Origin: Azolla caroliniana
Taxonomy: Eukaryota; Plantae; Polypodiophyta
NCBI GenBank assembly: GCA_043228905.1
Contig: JBHGNT010000001.1
Coordinates: forward strand, 35,588,001-35,652,000
Length of the DNA stretch: 64,000 bases
Reading direction: 5' to 3'
Part shown: in pieces, positions 26,525 through 37,229 of the stretch
Layout: the number at the start of each line of letters is the position of its first letter
How positions within the stretch are numbered: the stretch's first letter is position 1
Made by a program: the position numbers and the translations under genes
Notes under the pieces: generated by a model
Databases searched by the model: none
What the model was told of the DNA's origin: nothing
Seen by the model: only the letters and a program-made list of their open reading frames with translations

Positions 26525-26978
26525 TAACAATCGGCAACAATTTGGTTTGAACCGAACCGAACCGCGAAACCGCAGTTTAACAGCTTAATGGTTTTAACGG
26601 TTCGGTTTAGTTTTAGGCTTTTTTTAACTTTTCGGTTTGGTTTCAATAGTCAAAAACCGCGGTTTAAATGGTTAAACGGTTAAACGGTTTTTTATTTTTT
26701 TATTTTTTTTTTAAATCTAAAAAAAATCTTTAAAAAAATTTAAATTGTTTTTAAATAATATTTTCATTTTTACACCTTATTCTCACATTTTAGGAACATC
26801 ATAATAATAATAATAATTCTAAATAATGAAATATTAAAAATTTTAACCTATGTTGAAAACCGAAACTGAACCATGAAACCGCAGTTATTACGGTTTAACG
26901 GTTTGGTTCCAGTTTCAAAAATTTTAAATGGTTCGGTTTGGACCCTCTCGAACCAAACCGAACCGTTGTTGATTGTTA
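26525..26978. mobile_element. Non-autonomous hAT-type MITE, 454 bp
   Basis: TIRs TAACAATCGGCAAC / GTTGTTGATTGTTA. 8-bp TSD CTTCGGAC (26517-24) / CTTCAGAC (26979-86). Many AACCG/CGGTT subterminal motifs flank an AT-rich core. Confidence 0.88.
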
Positions 26979-28047
26979 CTTCAGACCAACATTTGTATCC
27001 GAAAATAAATGAAATCCTTGCCATTGGTTCTTAAAGGCCATTTGCCATTGCCACAAAACATCATCCGAACCCTGCAGATCATCATATTGACCGTGTAGTG
27101 TGTGAAAAAAAATCTTCAATCCTTTATAGTTGAGTATGCTTAGAGGAGACGTGAGTTGCAATTAAATTGACATTCAATTGCATTTGGAGTTATTCTAGTT
27201 CCTTCATGCAACTTTCGATGAGCTCCAAGGTGGCCTACCCCCCATCATCCATGTATGTTGGTCCATCATCAATCGCTTGCGTTATTCAGTAACACAATGA
27301 GCATAGAACAAGATTCATTCATCGTGATTATTTCCAATAAATGGGCGATTGAAGTGACGTTCTAGATATTGGGGTGTATCAACTTATGATGAAGTAATCT
27401 TGTTGGATGTCAAATGTCAATGTTGTTTCTTTAGAACCTATGTGAAGTTAGATGTGAAGGGTCAACAATGCTCATTATCCAATCAACAACATTGTATTTG
27501 TAGCTTGTATTTTGCCAATGGTACAATCAATTATTGGGCATTGGTTTCATTTGTAACTCTCCACAACATCCATAATATTTGAATGATTCTTGAATTTGTC
27601 AATTAAATGGCCCATGGAATATCGATGTCTCATATTTGTCATATGAGACAAACATGACACCATCAACCAAACCCTTTTGTTTGTCTAAAATAAATGTTAA
27701 CGCACTCCTATATCAATGAGCATCCTCTAAAGTTTGAACCAAAATCAAATATCATCATTCTCTAATGCCGCCACTCCAAATTCAATTAGGAAGAGAGCAC
27801 TTTGCGCGTTGACGCGAGTTGTTGTGGCATGGATACTAATATATCTCCCTCTCAAATGAATTCCATTTGGATATTGGACAGACCCACAAAAACCTTTATA
27901 GTGTCTTATAAGCAACAAAGATTGAAGAACATGACTACTATTTCCTAAATATATGCCCCACTACCAAGATTAGCTTTCAATATGTTGTGTCAATAATTAC
28001 AAAGCTTTTGATATGCCACAACATGATCCCAATGGATTTAAGAAACT

Positions 28048-28150
28048 TGTTAAGTAATTAGGTAATTAACTAGGGTTAATTAGAGACTAATTATATGGTT
28101 ACGTTAAGCAGCGGAAGATTAGTATGATATGCGCGTGAGAGTGTGTGAGA

Positions 28151-28190
<40 letters not shown>

Positions 28191-28506
28191 GTTACACTTG
28201 AACACGAAGATAAATGGGGGATGATTGACTATATTGAAAAGTGTCATCAACATACAAAAATACCCACAATGAGGTATATATACAACCCATGTGCAAAGGT
28301 GCACATGTGTGGGTAGAACATAGGTACTTACGTGTAAGTCCTACATTAAATGTACTAAGGAGCGGAGGATCTAGAATATCCCACTTAAGTACAAGGTCCT
28401 ATTTAAAGGCTTAAGGTCAACACATTAACTAGATTCGATCTAGGTAACTACTAAGTTACATGTGTTGACTAACTAGATTAAACTAGTTGAGCTTGATATC
28501 TCAACA
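28048..28506. mobile_element. Solo LTR, 459 bp
   Basis: TGTTAAG...CTCAACA termini, flanked by a perfect 5-bp TSD AAACT (28043-47 / 28507-11), with an internal (GA)n. Confidence 0.85.
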
Positions 28507-29317
28507 AAACTATACTTTCTTTCGCTTTAAAAGGTACCCTATAGGATATAGTCACTTTTTAGGGATAAAGATGCCTTTTTCATGACACACATAACCAATG
28601 TGCTCTTTCAATATGTAAGTGGGATGAGATTTAAAATTCTCCAATGCCTTTTCCGCCAACCATTTTGAGCCTACTTCTTTCTTCCCCAAGTGTTGTGTGC
28701 CATCACAATCACGCCTTTCTCTTTTCATCTTGACATGACACGTTGGACCACCTTCAATACAAGATGCATGCAACCTCCATCAGCATCTAGGGGATTGGCA
28801 TTTAACACTATCTTAGCCAAAGTAATATCAGTCAAGTACGTGGAAATAAAAGGGTTTCAAATAAATCATGTTGGAGAATATTTTCCACTCTTCGATGTTT
28901 GCTTCGATCACCCTTAGCTCAAAAATGAGAACCAACGACAATCATCCCTCGGTGGTGCTTTCTGACATTGATTCGAGGAGGAATTGAAATGGCCTTCCCC
29001 TCCACCACCAAAGCCATGTCCAAAAGGTGGATCTAGAAAAAAGCCGAGGTTGAGATTGATAGCTTGGGTGAAGGTCGAGGCCTAATATAATAAATATTTC
29101 ACAAACAAATGGTAACAAATAATAATAGGGTCACACATATGTACCATGAACATACATACATAATTGAACAACACATATGTACTACATACATACATATATG
29201 TATATCATAGCAATGAGCACATGAGAGAATCCCCTTTGTTTTTTTGCCTTCCACTGTTCTAGCTTTTCTGAGTAGATTGATACCGCCGAGTGGGGGTGGG
29301 CTCTCTCTGCCTCTTCC

Positions 29318-29357
<40 letters not shown>

Positions 29358-29392
29358 GCTAGCTCTGAGGAGACACAGACACCGACAGCATC

Positions 29393-29995
29393 ATGGAGAA
29401 GGACGACGAGCATCTCAACCCCCACACACTTCAGCTGCAGTACTGGACAGAGGAAGAGGCCGTGCGGCGGCGAGTCGCTGACATGGAAGAGGAGATCTAT
29501 CGCACTTCCCAGAAGGAGCTGCACCGCCTCCTGGCTATGTTCGGCGTCTTTCAGGGCGTCCTCTTCTCCGCAGTGGTGGTCGTGCAACAGCAGCCGATGA
29601 CGAAGCCAACAAGAGGAGGAAACAGCAGCATCAGCGGCATCCTGTCTACATGCGCAGATGCGGTCATCCCCATCTTCCTCTCTATCGTCAGTGCCCTTGC
29701 TGCTGCCATGGCCCTCGTTCACAAGGTCTATGACCTCTCACGCATGCGCCGAGAGATTTCCAGGAATAGATCTCTGGCAGATAGCATCTACGGCCTGATG
29801 GAAAGTCTCCAGGCAGGTGCAATCGACCTCAACACAGCTGAAGCTGTATCAAGAAACCCTCCCTTATATGACTCTGAGCCCTATTGTGGGATGGATTCCC
29901 TTCTTTTCTTGGTTTGTCTCACAGTATTGATGGTGGTCAGCTGCAGTGCCATATTGTGCAGGAAATGTGACTGCCATAGCCACACACAGCTTTGA
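29393..29995 (+). CDS. Uncharacterised land-plant membrane protein (coiled coil + 3 hydrophobic segments), 200 aa, intronless
   Basis: GC-rich clean ORF with CATCATGG start context. Pattern HTLQLQYWTEEE...ELHRLLAMFGVFQGVLFSAV...C...IPIFLSIVSALAAAMALVHK...GAIDL...SCSAILC. A (CA)n tract lies in the leader. Confidence 0.8.
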   Translation: MEKDDEHLNPHTLQLQYWTEEEAVRRRVADMEEEIYRTSQKELHRLLAMFGVFQGVLFSAVVVVQQQPMTKPTRGGNSSISGILSTCADAVIPIFLSIVSALAAAMALVHKVYDLSRMRREISRNRSLADSIYGLMESLQAGAIDLNTAEAVSRNPPLYDSEPYCGMDSLLFLVCLTVLMVVSCSAILCRKCDCHSHTQL

Positions 29996-30069
29996 GAAGT
30001 AAAAGCCCTTTTAAAAGGAGGGTGGAAATGTACATGATCTGGCCATCTATTTGGACGGTATGAACCTGG

Positions 30070-30480
30070 TTTCATGTATATGCATACTCAGTATAGGCAT
30101 CCTCCAGGGTTATGCATAACCGTGTAAATTTGACAATGTATAGGCCTGGTATGACCATGGTCCATGTATGTAATTGCATGGCACATATGAGGATGTGCAT
30201 GGTATTGCGGTGTATATCGATGCATGACCATGGGATGTGCATGGTATGGCTATGTATATCGATGCATGACCATGGTCCGATATGTGTTTGTATGTATGCA
30301 AGTGTATACATGACCTTGTATAGGCATGATGTTAACACTGTCCATGTGTAGTCATGGTATGACCATGATCCATGCACATAGAAATATGTGAACTTGCCAT
30401 GGGCATGAACTGACTGTGTTATTTGTAGGCCACACTTAATCATATAATTATGGTGCATCATTCGACTATGTTATAGATCT
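30070..30480. repeat. Degenerate CATG-rich repeat region
   Basis: Recurring CATGACCATGG and GTATATCGATGCATGACCATGG units, including a near-perfect ~39-bp pair at 30191-30275. Confidence 0.6.
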
Positions 30481-32481
30481 GTATGCATTATGATAGCCTT
30501 TTACATGGGGCCATGTTCTACATGGCCTTCCATCATCAAAAATTTGTCGTAGAGACTTCAAGAATATCTCGTTGATTTCAGTATGCATTGCAAGAAACCA
30601 TGTGGATTTCAATGAGATTGTCGTTTAGCTCCCTTAAGAGCATTCTTGTAGCTAGAAGTTGGAATGTTAAAAGCACACAATACAATAATGATATTATTTG
30701 CTATCAGTAAGTCACTGCTTGAGCAATGTGTTTTCTGAGGTAAAAGTCAACAAATACTTGAATGGAAGTTCTTGTTTCTGTGTGATGCATGGCATGTATA
30801 GATTGGTTCATCTTACCCAAGGCCTTGTACTGGATGTGCGACATGCATAGCTTTGTTTGTCTCAGTGAACATCGTATTGGATAGATTTTCATGTATAAAT
30901 GTGTTTATCTAAGTATGCATCGAAATTTTCCATTTGATGCATCGCAATGTTGGACAAGCCACACTTACTGCTTGGAGTTGATTGTTGAACCTTGAGAATC
31001 CTCGGAGTAGATTGTAGAACCTCGACATTGTTGAGAGATCGACCTCTTATCAAGTGCCAACTTTATGCCATTATGGTGTGAGTTTGTGCTAGCCTAGATG
31101 TTCCCTCTTAATGAATTCTCTATGTGGAGTTCTTGTTGAAGAGATTGAAACTATATCCAAATTTTTTGGCACTTGGAGCGAGTGGGGTTGAGGGCTAGCA
31201 TGGCATAGTTGAGCTAATGATCCTACGAATGGAAAGCATTCAAGATATGCTCAAAGGCAATACCAAATGGTTGAAGATGATGGTTACACCAAATGTCTCT
31301 CAATCTTGCATCATTCATTATGACCACAAGTCTATTTGCAACATAAAGGCATACAAAAAATTGATACCAAAGGTAAACTTAACTTATGAAAGGTAGGTAG
31401 AGCAAACATTGTTCATGGTAATATTTATCAAGATAAGTTTCTGCATTAAATCCATAGGAACTCACCTTTTTTTTGGTTTTTTTTTACTTCTAACATTAAT
31501 CCAATGGGTTCCCCCAAACAAAGACTAGTAAATTTAGTACGACATTCCTGCTGCATACTTTCTGGTATATTGTGTGTGCATCATTTGATGACGAGGTACT
31601 AACAACATATAGCTTCATTCTTCTATCTATTTCAGTAAATGTCGGTCGGATTGATGAAAAAACTTAATTTCAATCATTATTTGGTACCTTTTTTTTTATT
31701 AGGTTTTGCACACTTCAAGGTTATTGTACTTAAGGATTCCCAATTTACCTCGATAACTAATGCACTTTCCTCGGTTTATCTTAATGTTGCCATTTTAGTT
31801 TTTGAACTCGGTGTACACACCATTTTTAAAGATTTCCATGTTCTTGATTTAGTTATTGAGCCCCTCCATATAAACACTTTAGGTGACTACCCTCTACTTT
31901 GCCCATGGATTTATGATCCTCATATGTACATATTTGAGTGAGTCATAGTCATGGCATTTAATGTTAGCTTCAACAACTTGCGTGGTCGGTAATTTGTGTC
32001 TACATAAGCCTTTTGTTATTGGTGTACGTTTCTAGTTTACTTCCGTACAGGGCTATATATAAATGTGTCATGTATATTACAGTCAAACAAAGATATAAAA
32101 TAAATGAACTTGGCACTCATTCTCACAAAAAATGTAATTTGGAAGCTTCAACAATTTGACCGTAAAATGCTTTCCCATTTAGAATTGTTCTAGAAATGCT
32201 TTTCATTCTAAAATGGAACTTTTGTCGTAGCACGGTTACAAAGGAGTATCTTCACGTTTTCTTTTTCATTGTGCATATTATTTTATTCATTAAAGAAGAT
32301 GCCTTCTCTCACTCTATACGTACATATTACATACGTGTATGTATATATTGGTCCCATTGAAAACATATTGGAACTCCAAGACATGATAATTGATTCTATT
32401 GATCTCCTAGGATGATACAAAAGTATAGTGATCAACTACACCACATATAATTGGTTGGGGGGGGGGGCCGTGCACTCACAA

Positions 32482-34092
32482 ATGATGGAGCGGATGCATA
32501 TGATGACTAGGAGTAACATAGTGGTCGTTGTATGCCCATATCCGGCCATGGGGCACATAAAGCCCATGATGCAATTGGCAAGGCAATTCTTCCTACCCAC
32601 ATCACAAACCTCATGGATGCCAAGCCAACATTACGACAACAACAGTGTGTGTGTGAAGTTTGTATGCACAGAGTTCTATTGCGAGCGCATACGCGAGATG
32701 TGGTTAGAAACCGAATTGGAGGGCATTGACGTGTTAGCTATTCCAGATGGTCTACCCCATGATTTCGACCGTAGCGTTCCATCGACACAAGCGTCAGAGG
32801 CGATCGCCAACCTCGGCCCCATCTTCGAGAGTGTCCTTTGTCGCCTACGCACTGAGCACGATCCGTCGACCACATGGCTCCTCATCTACGACGGGTTTGT
32901 GCCGTGGGCCCACGATGCAGCCGCAAAACTCCTCATTCCTCGCGTCTTCTTCTGGACTCAGTCGGCTGCGGTCCTCAGCATATTCTTCAACATGGAGTGC
33001 CTCCGTGCCTCTGGCTTTGACCCCTTCCAAGGTAATTACAGTTTCTAATACTTATTGAACAAACCTTGGATTGATCACCGCTTAATTGAGTGCTACTGCA
33101 CCTTTTGTCTGATTTTAGTGGAATGTCATAACCCCACGACAACAAGGACCATAGATTTCATACCGGGGTTGCCTCCGATGCCATCGACTGCATTCCCTTT
33201 CTATGTCCAGAAGTCGGCGGATGGCAAAGATCGAGGGCTCCTGCTCTACCACAACCTCACCAAACAGCTCCATCAATGGAAGCACGTCTCGGGTGCACTC
33301 ATCCACTCCATAGACGGCCTCAAGTCTGAGTCTGATTCAGCTCTACGAGCTCTGGCTGCTATGAAGGACAGCAGGGATGGAGGGGCCAGTATCCCAATCT
33401 CCACGATTGGCCCACTCCTCCACACTTCGTCCCCACCATCATCCCGCAACCCGACAACCAATGATGGCGATATTTCGGTCGAACAACTTTTTGAATGGCT
33501 GGACACTAGAGCCACTGCCTCGGTTCTGTATATCTCCATGGGGAGTGTGGTGAGGTGGGAGGTCGGGCAGGCGCACGAGGTGGCAATGGCACTTGTCGCC
33601 CTCAAACAAGAGTTTGTTTGGGTGATGCGTCCATGGGAGTTGCGAGAGTCACTTCCCAAGGCTGTGCTTGACCACAAGCTCGGTAGGATTGTGAAATGGG
33701 CCCCGCAAGTCCCCCTTCTCGAACATCCTTCCATCGGTGCCTTTTTTACGCATGCCGGTTGGAACTCCACCCTAGAGAGTGTTAGCCATGGTGTGCCCAC
33801 CCTTGCTTGGCCCCACTTCGTGGACCAGTTAACCAATGCTTGGTTCCTCACTCACCATTGGCAAGTTGGGCTTGAAATCTCCACCCATGACTTCCATCAA
33901 TCTGAAATCCAACGGCTTATTACATTGCTCATGCATGATGGGCCCAACCGTCGCCTTTACATGTCTCATTTGGCTTGCCATAAAGACACAGCCAGACAAG
34001 CAATGCTTTCTAGTTCCTCTCGTAAGAAACTCTATGCCTTCCTCGATGAGATCCTAGATAACTTTCTGAGTGTCGAACTTATGCATAAGTAA
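32482..34092 (+). CDS. Family-1 UDP-glycosyltransferase, ~507 aa, one intron (33032-33118)
   Basis: Exons 32482-33031 and 33119-34092 join in frame (FQ-V-ECH). PYPAMGHIKP carries the catalytic His and YDGF the Asp. PSPG box WAPQVPLLEHPSIGAFFTHAGWNSTLESVSHGVPTLAWPHFVDQ. The exact start Met is uncertain because several lie close together. Confidence 0.93.
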
Positions 34093-34177
34093 AGACAAGG
34101 AAGTATATTGTCATTACTATTTATCTTACTCTCATATGAAACTCTTTAATCCAAACCTCTGTCATTTGTATGACATT

Positions 34178-34253
34178 TGGAGTGGTCATGAAACCAACTA
34201 AAGTATTTGGTAAATCTGGAGTGGTCACGAAACCAACTAAAGTATTTGGTGAA
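34178..34253. repeat. 39-bp tandem duplication in the UGT 3' region
   Basis: TGGAGTGGTCA(T/C)GAAACCAACTAAAGTATTTGGT occurs twice. Confidence 0.85.
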
Positions 34254-34759
34254 GATGTTACATAACCACAACTGACTGTGTGAATATCATTCATATTTTG
34301 CAATCTTATTATTGCTCTCTAAATTAAACAAGGAAACATGAAATTGTTATAGTAAGTAATAAGTCTAAACTATAGCAGGAGGTAATCCATAATATTATAA
34401 GTAGTACATATACTGTAGCAGGGATAACTCCAAAATGTTCTTGAATATTCACATTTACACAAGTTCTTTTTGACTTTATATTGTAGTCCTTTGGATGATT
34501 CTCGTTTCTTTATTGGTGAAATCATAAATCACAACCATCTTTCTTGAATTGTTGTAATAAAAAAGCAATCTAAACAAATGCCAATTTGTAGAAATGTGAA
34601 TGGTAGAATAGCCTTGCTAAAGCAAATTGGGCCCGTAACATCGCAAAAATATGCAACGCCTAGAGGGCACATAGACACTAGGAGGCGGTGTTATTTTCCT
34701 TGGTAGAAATAAGAAAGTGTAAATCTTTATTTTAGTTTATAGATATTGCAGACCAATTT

Positions 34760-34880
34760 TTTTGGGTTGCGTGACCTTGTGTCTCTCTACAAAAACAAAA
34801 CTATTTTGGGTTGTGTGACCGGTCCTTGTATCTCTCTGCAAACCAAAACTACTTTGGGTCGTGTGAACTTGCATCTCTCT
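34760..34880. repeat. ~45-bp tandem repeat x3
   Basis: TTTGGGT.G.GTGA.CTTG..TCTCTCT...AAAACTA units. Confidence 0.75.
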
Positions 34881-35766
34881 AACTTGTGGTTTTTTTTATA
34901 CATTGACTAAGCCCTAATGGATGAAGCAATCGTAAACAATATTGCACCTATCCCATCTGTCATCAACGCTAACAAGGGTGACATATATTATGATGCCCTA
35001 AACCAAAGTATGCAAACCCAAATTTACATGCAAAACATGCAATCCAATAAAACTAGAGAATGATAATCTAACTGAAAAAAACAAAGCTTCTTCATGAGAA
35101 CCTACAATTTCTAGTCCCAATCGTTGGCTATTTGGAATGTATGAGAACAAACGATTTGTGGTAAAGATGTTGACACAAATTTTAGAAGTGGTTATAATAT
35201 AAATAATAATAATAATAATAGTTTAAGTTAACATTATATTATAAAGGGGAAATATACAAAAGATGTCAATTATATTTATATAAGCTCTTTTATGACTCTT
35301 TCATGCCTATTTTCTAAAGAACCATTGATGGGGTAATGAGAATATATTACTAATAAATAGACAAAATAAAAGTAAAGAAAGGTTAATAGATTGGATAGAA
35401 GAACTCAACACTCCCGACCACCCCCAAGCTATGATCAAGACATAGCCAATCTACCATTGACGTCCCATACTGACAGATATTAGGATGACTAGTACCTTGG
35501 AATAGATTACACGATCGTTGCGACGAAAGCCTGGGCTGCACTGTGTTTGAAAACTTTAGCCTTTCGACGTAACGTGTTTTAAATAATAGTATTTTTGGTG
35601 TTGACTTGGTCATAAAAAGGTCTAATGCATAGGGTAAAGGTTCGATTTTAGTGAAGATGTCAGTTCCTATCTAGGTGGAGGGTTTTTTTGAGTCAACAAT
35701 CACTTTGCAAAAGATTCCTTGCCTATGTTTTTCACGGACAAAACATTTATCAAGTGTGGGATAATG

Positions 35767-36095
35767 TAGTGACAAAAGGTAATTCTAATATGACATACTT
35801 ACATTGTACAAAGGTTGTTAGGGATATATAGAAACTAGGGCAAATTCTAGGTCACACGAAATCTGAAAGATTATTATTAGTATTATAAAGAAATATGCAC
35901 CTTAGTATATTACTTGAAAACTTGTACATATAGTGACAAAGGTAATTCTAGTATGACATACTTACATTGTACAAAGGTTGTTGGGGATATATGGAAACTA
36001 GGGCAAATTCTAGGTCACAGGAAATCCGAAAGATTATTATTATTATTATTTTAAAGAAAGATGCACCTTATTATATTACTTGAAAATTGTACATA
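35767..36095. repeat. ~164-bp tandem duplication spanning a LINE insertion junction
   Basis: TAGTGACAAA.GGTAATTCTA...TACTTGAAAA.TTGTACATA at 35767 and 35931. Confidence 0.9.
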
Positions 36096-36269
36096 TAGAA
36101 AACAAAAGGAAACATTTCATCTCACTTCTATTTTGATACAAAGGCTAGTATAATCATCTGATCAAACATATGATGTCATATATGAAACAATAAATATCAG
36201 TTATGCAACATAAATGAATGTATAACATAATTCCACTTCATACCAGAAGTTGTATCCAAAAATAAGTGA
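36041..36269 (-). mobile_element. 5'-truncated LINE 3' end with ~19-bp TSD
   Basis: Flanked by AAATC(C/T)GAAAGATTATTAT at 36022-40 and 36270-88. It has a (TAA)n tail, encodes KWNYVIHSFM*, and is homologous to the 26330 and 41860 copies. Confidence 0.8.
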
Positions 36270-37229
36270 AAATCTGAAAGATTATTATGCATTGGATGGT
36301 TGAGAAAAGAACTATGTCATGTTTGGTGTTTTGTTGTTGTGTTACTCTTACAATTAAATTAACTACCCACATATATCATGCCATTATTAATAACCCACAC
36401 ATGTTAGCGTGTCATTGTCATTATCTTCATATACCATATGTTCCATATTCTTGATAGAAAGTAAATTTTCAATTTAAGGGAACTTTTCCTTTCTTGAGTT
36501 TCTCTCTCTATTAATAAAAGGGGAATACATTTATAACTTGAAACTAATGTTATTGAAATACTTAACATTCTAGGATTTTCAAGAATCTATTAGTTGTATA
36601 TAAAATAATTCGAATACATGTACCCGGTATTGAGCTTTCATCAAAGTTGCATTAAAGTTATTTATATTTATCATACCAGATTGTGTTGAATACTTTCTTT
36701 GAATGAATTGAGTATGTAGATAACCTAGACAATTTTGAAAAGATGATAGTTTTGAGGTATTGCGGCAACATGTAAAAGACGTAAACGTATTGTGTAAATC
36801 GAGGTAATCACTAGGCGTGTGGAAGGTCTATATATGGAGGACTATATTATATATGTAGATGGACATTGTGTATAATCGTGACATTTGGGATATATAATAG
36901 CATCCGACAAACCATTCATAAGTCAAGAAGTTTTGTCTAATAGTTATCTCTCGTAATGGTCTTCCCAACAAGGTAGACACATACAAGCCCTCATGGCTGA
37001 CCTCTCTATTAGATAGATTATATATCGATGTTACCACCTAATCATTGGCAAGGTTATTGCATTCATATGTGACTAATGGGATTGGCTCAAACATATCTCC
37101 CCTTTAGTTTAATGACTCAACCACTTTGTTGGTGTTGTGGTAGGTTATTTGAACAATGTTTCTAATACCGATACATACAATAGATTCTACTAGCTAGTAG
37201 AATTAGAAAACCGTGAGAAGTGTTCAAGA

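Larger units (their letters stand above)
26330..29070 (-). mobile_element. Decayed L1/Tx1-like LINE 3' region hosting a MITE and a solo LTR
   Basis: The minus-strand C-terminus HTLHGQYDDLQG...KWNYAIPSF parallels the C-terminus of the LINE at 39587 (HTIKGEYDSIEG...RWNYAPP). Its 3'UTR is shared with copies at 36041-36269 and 41835-42200. The 5' boundary is approximate. Confidence 0.6.
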
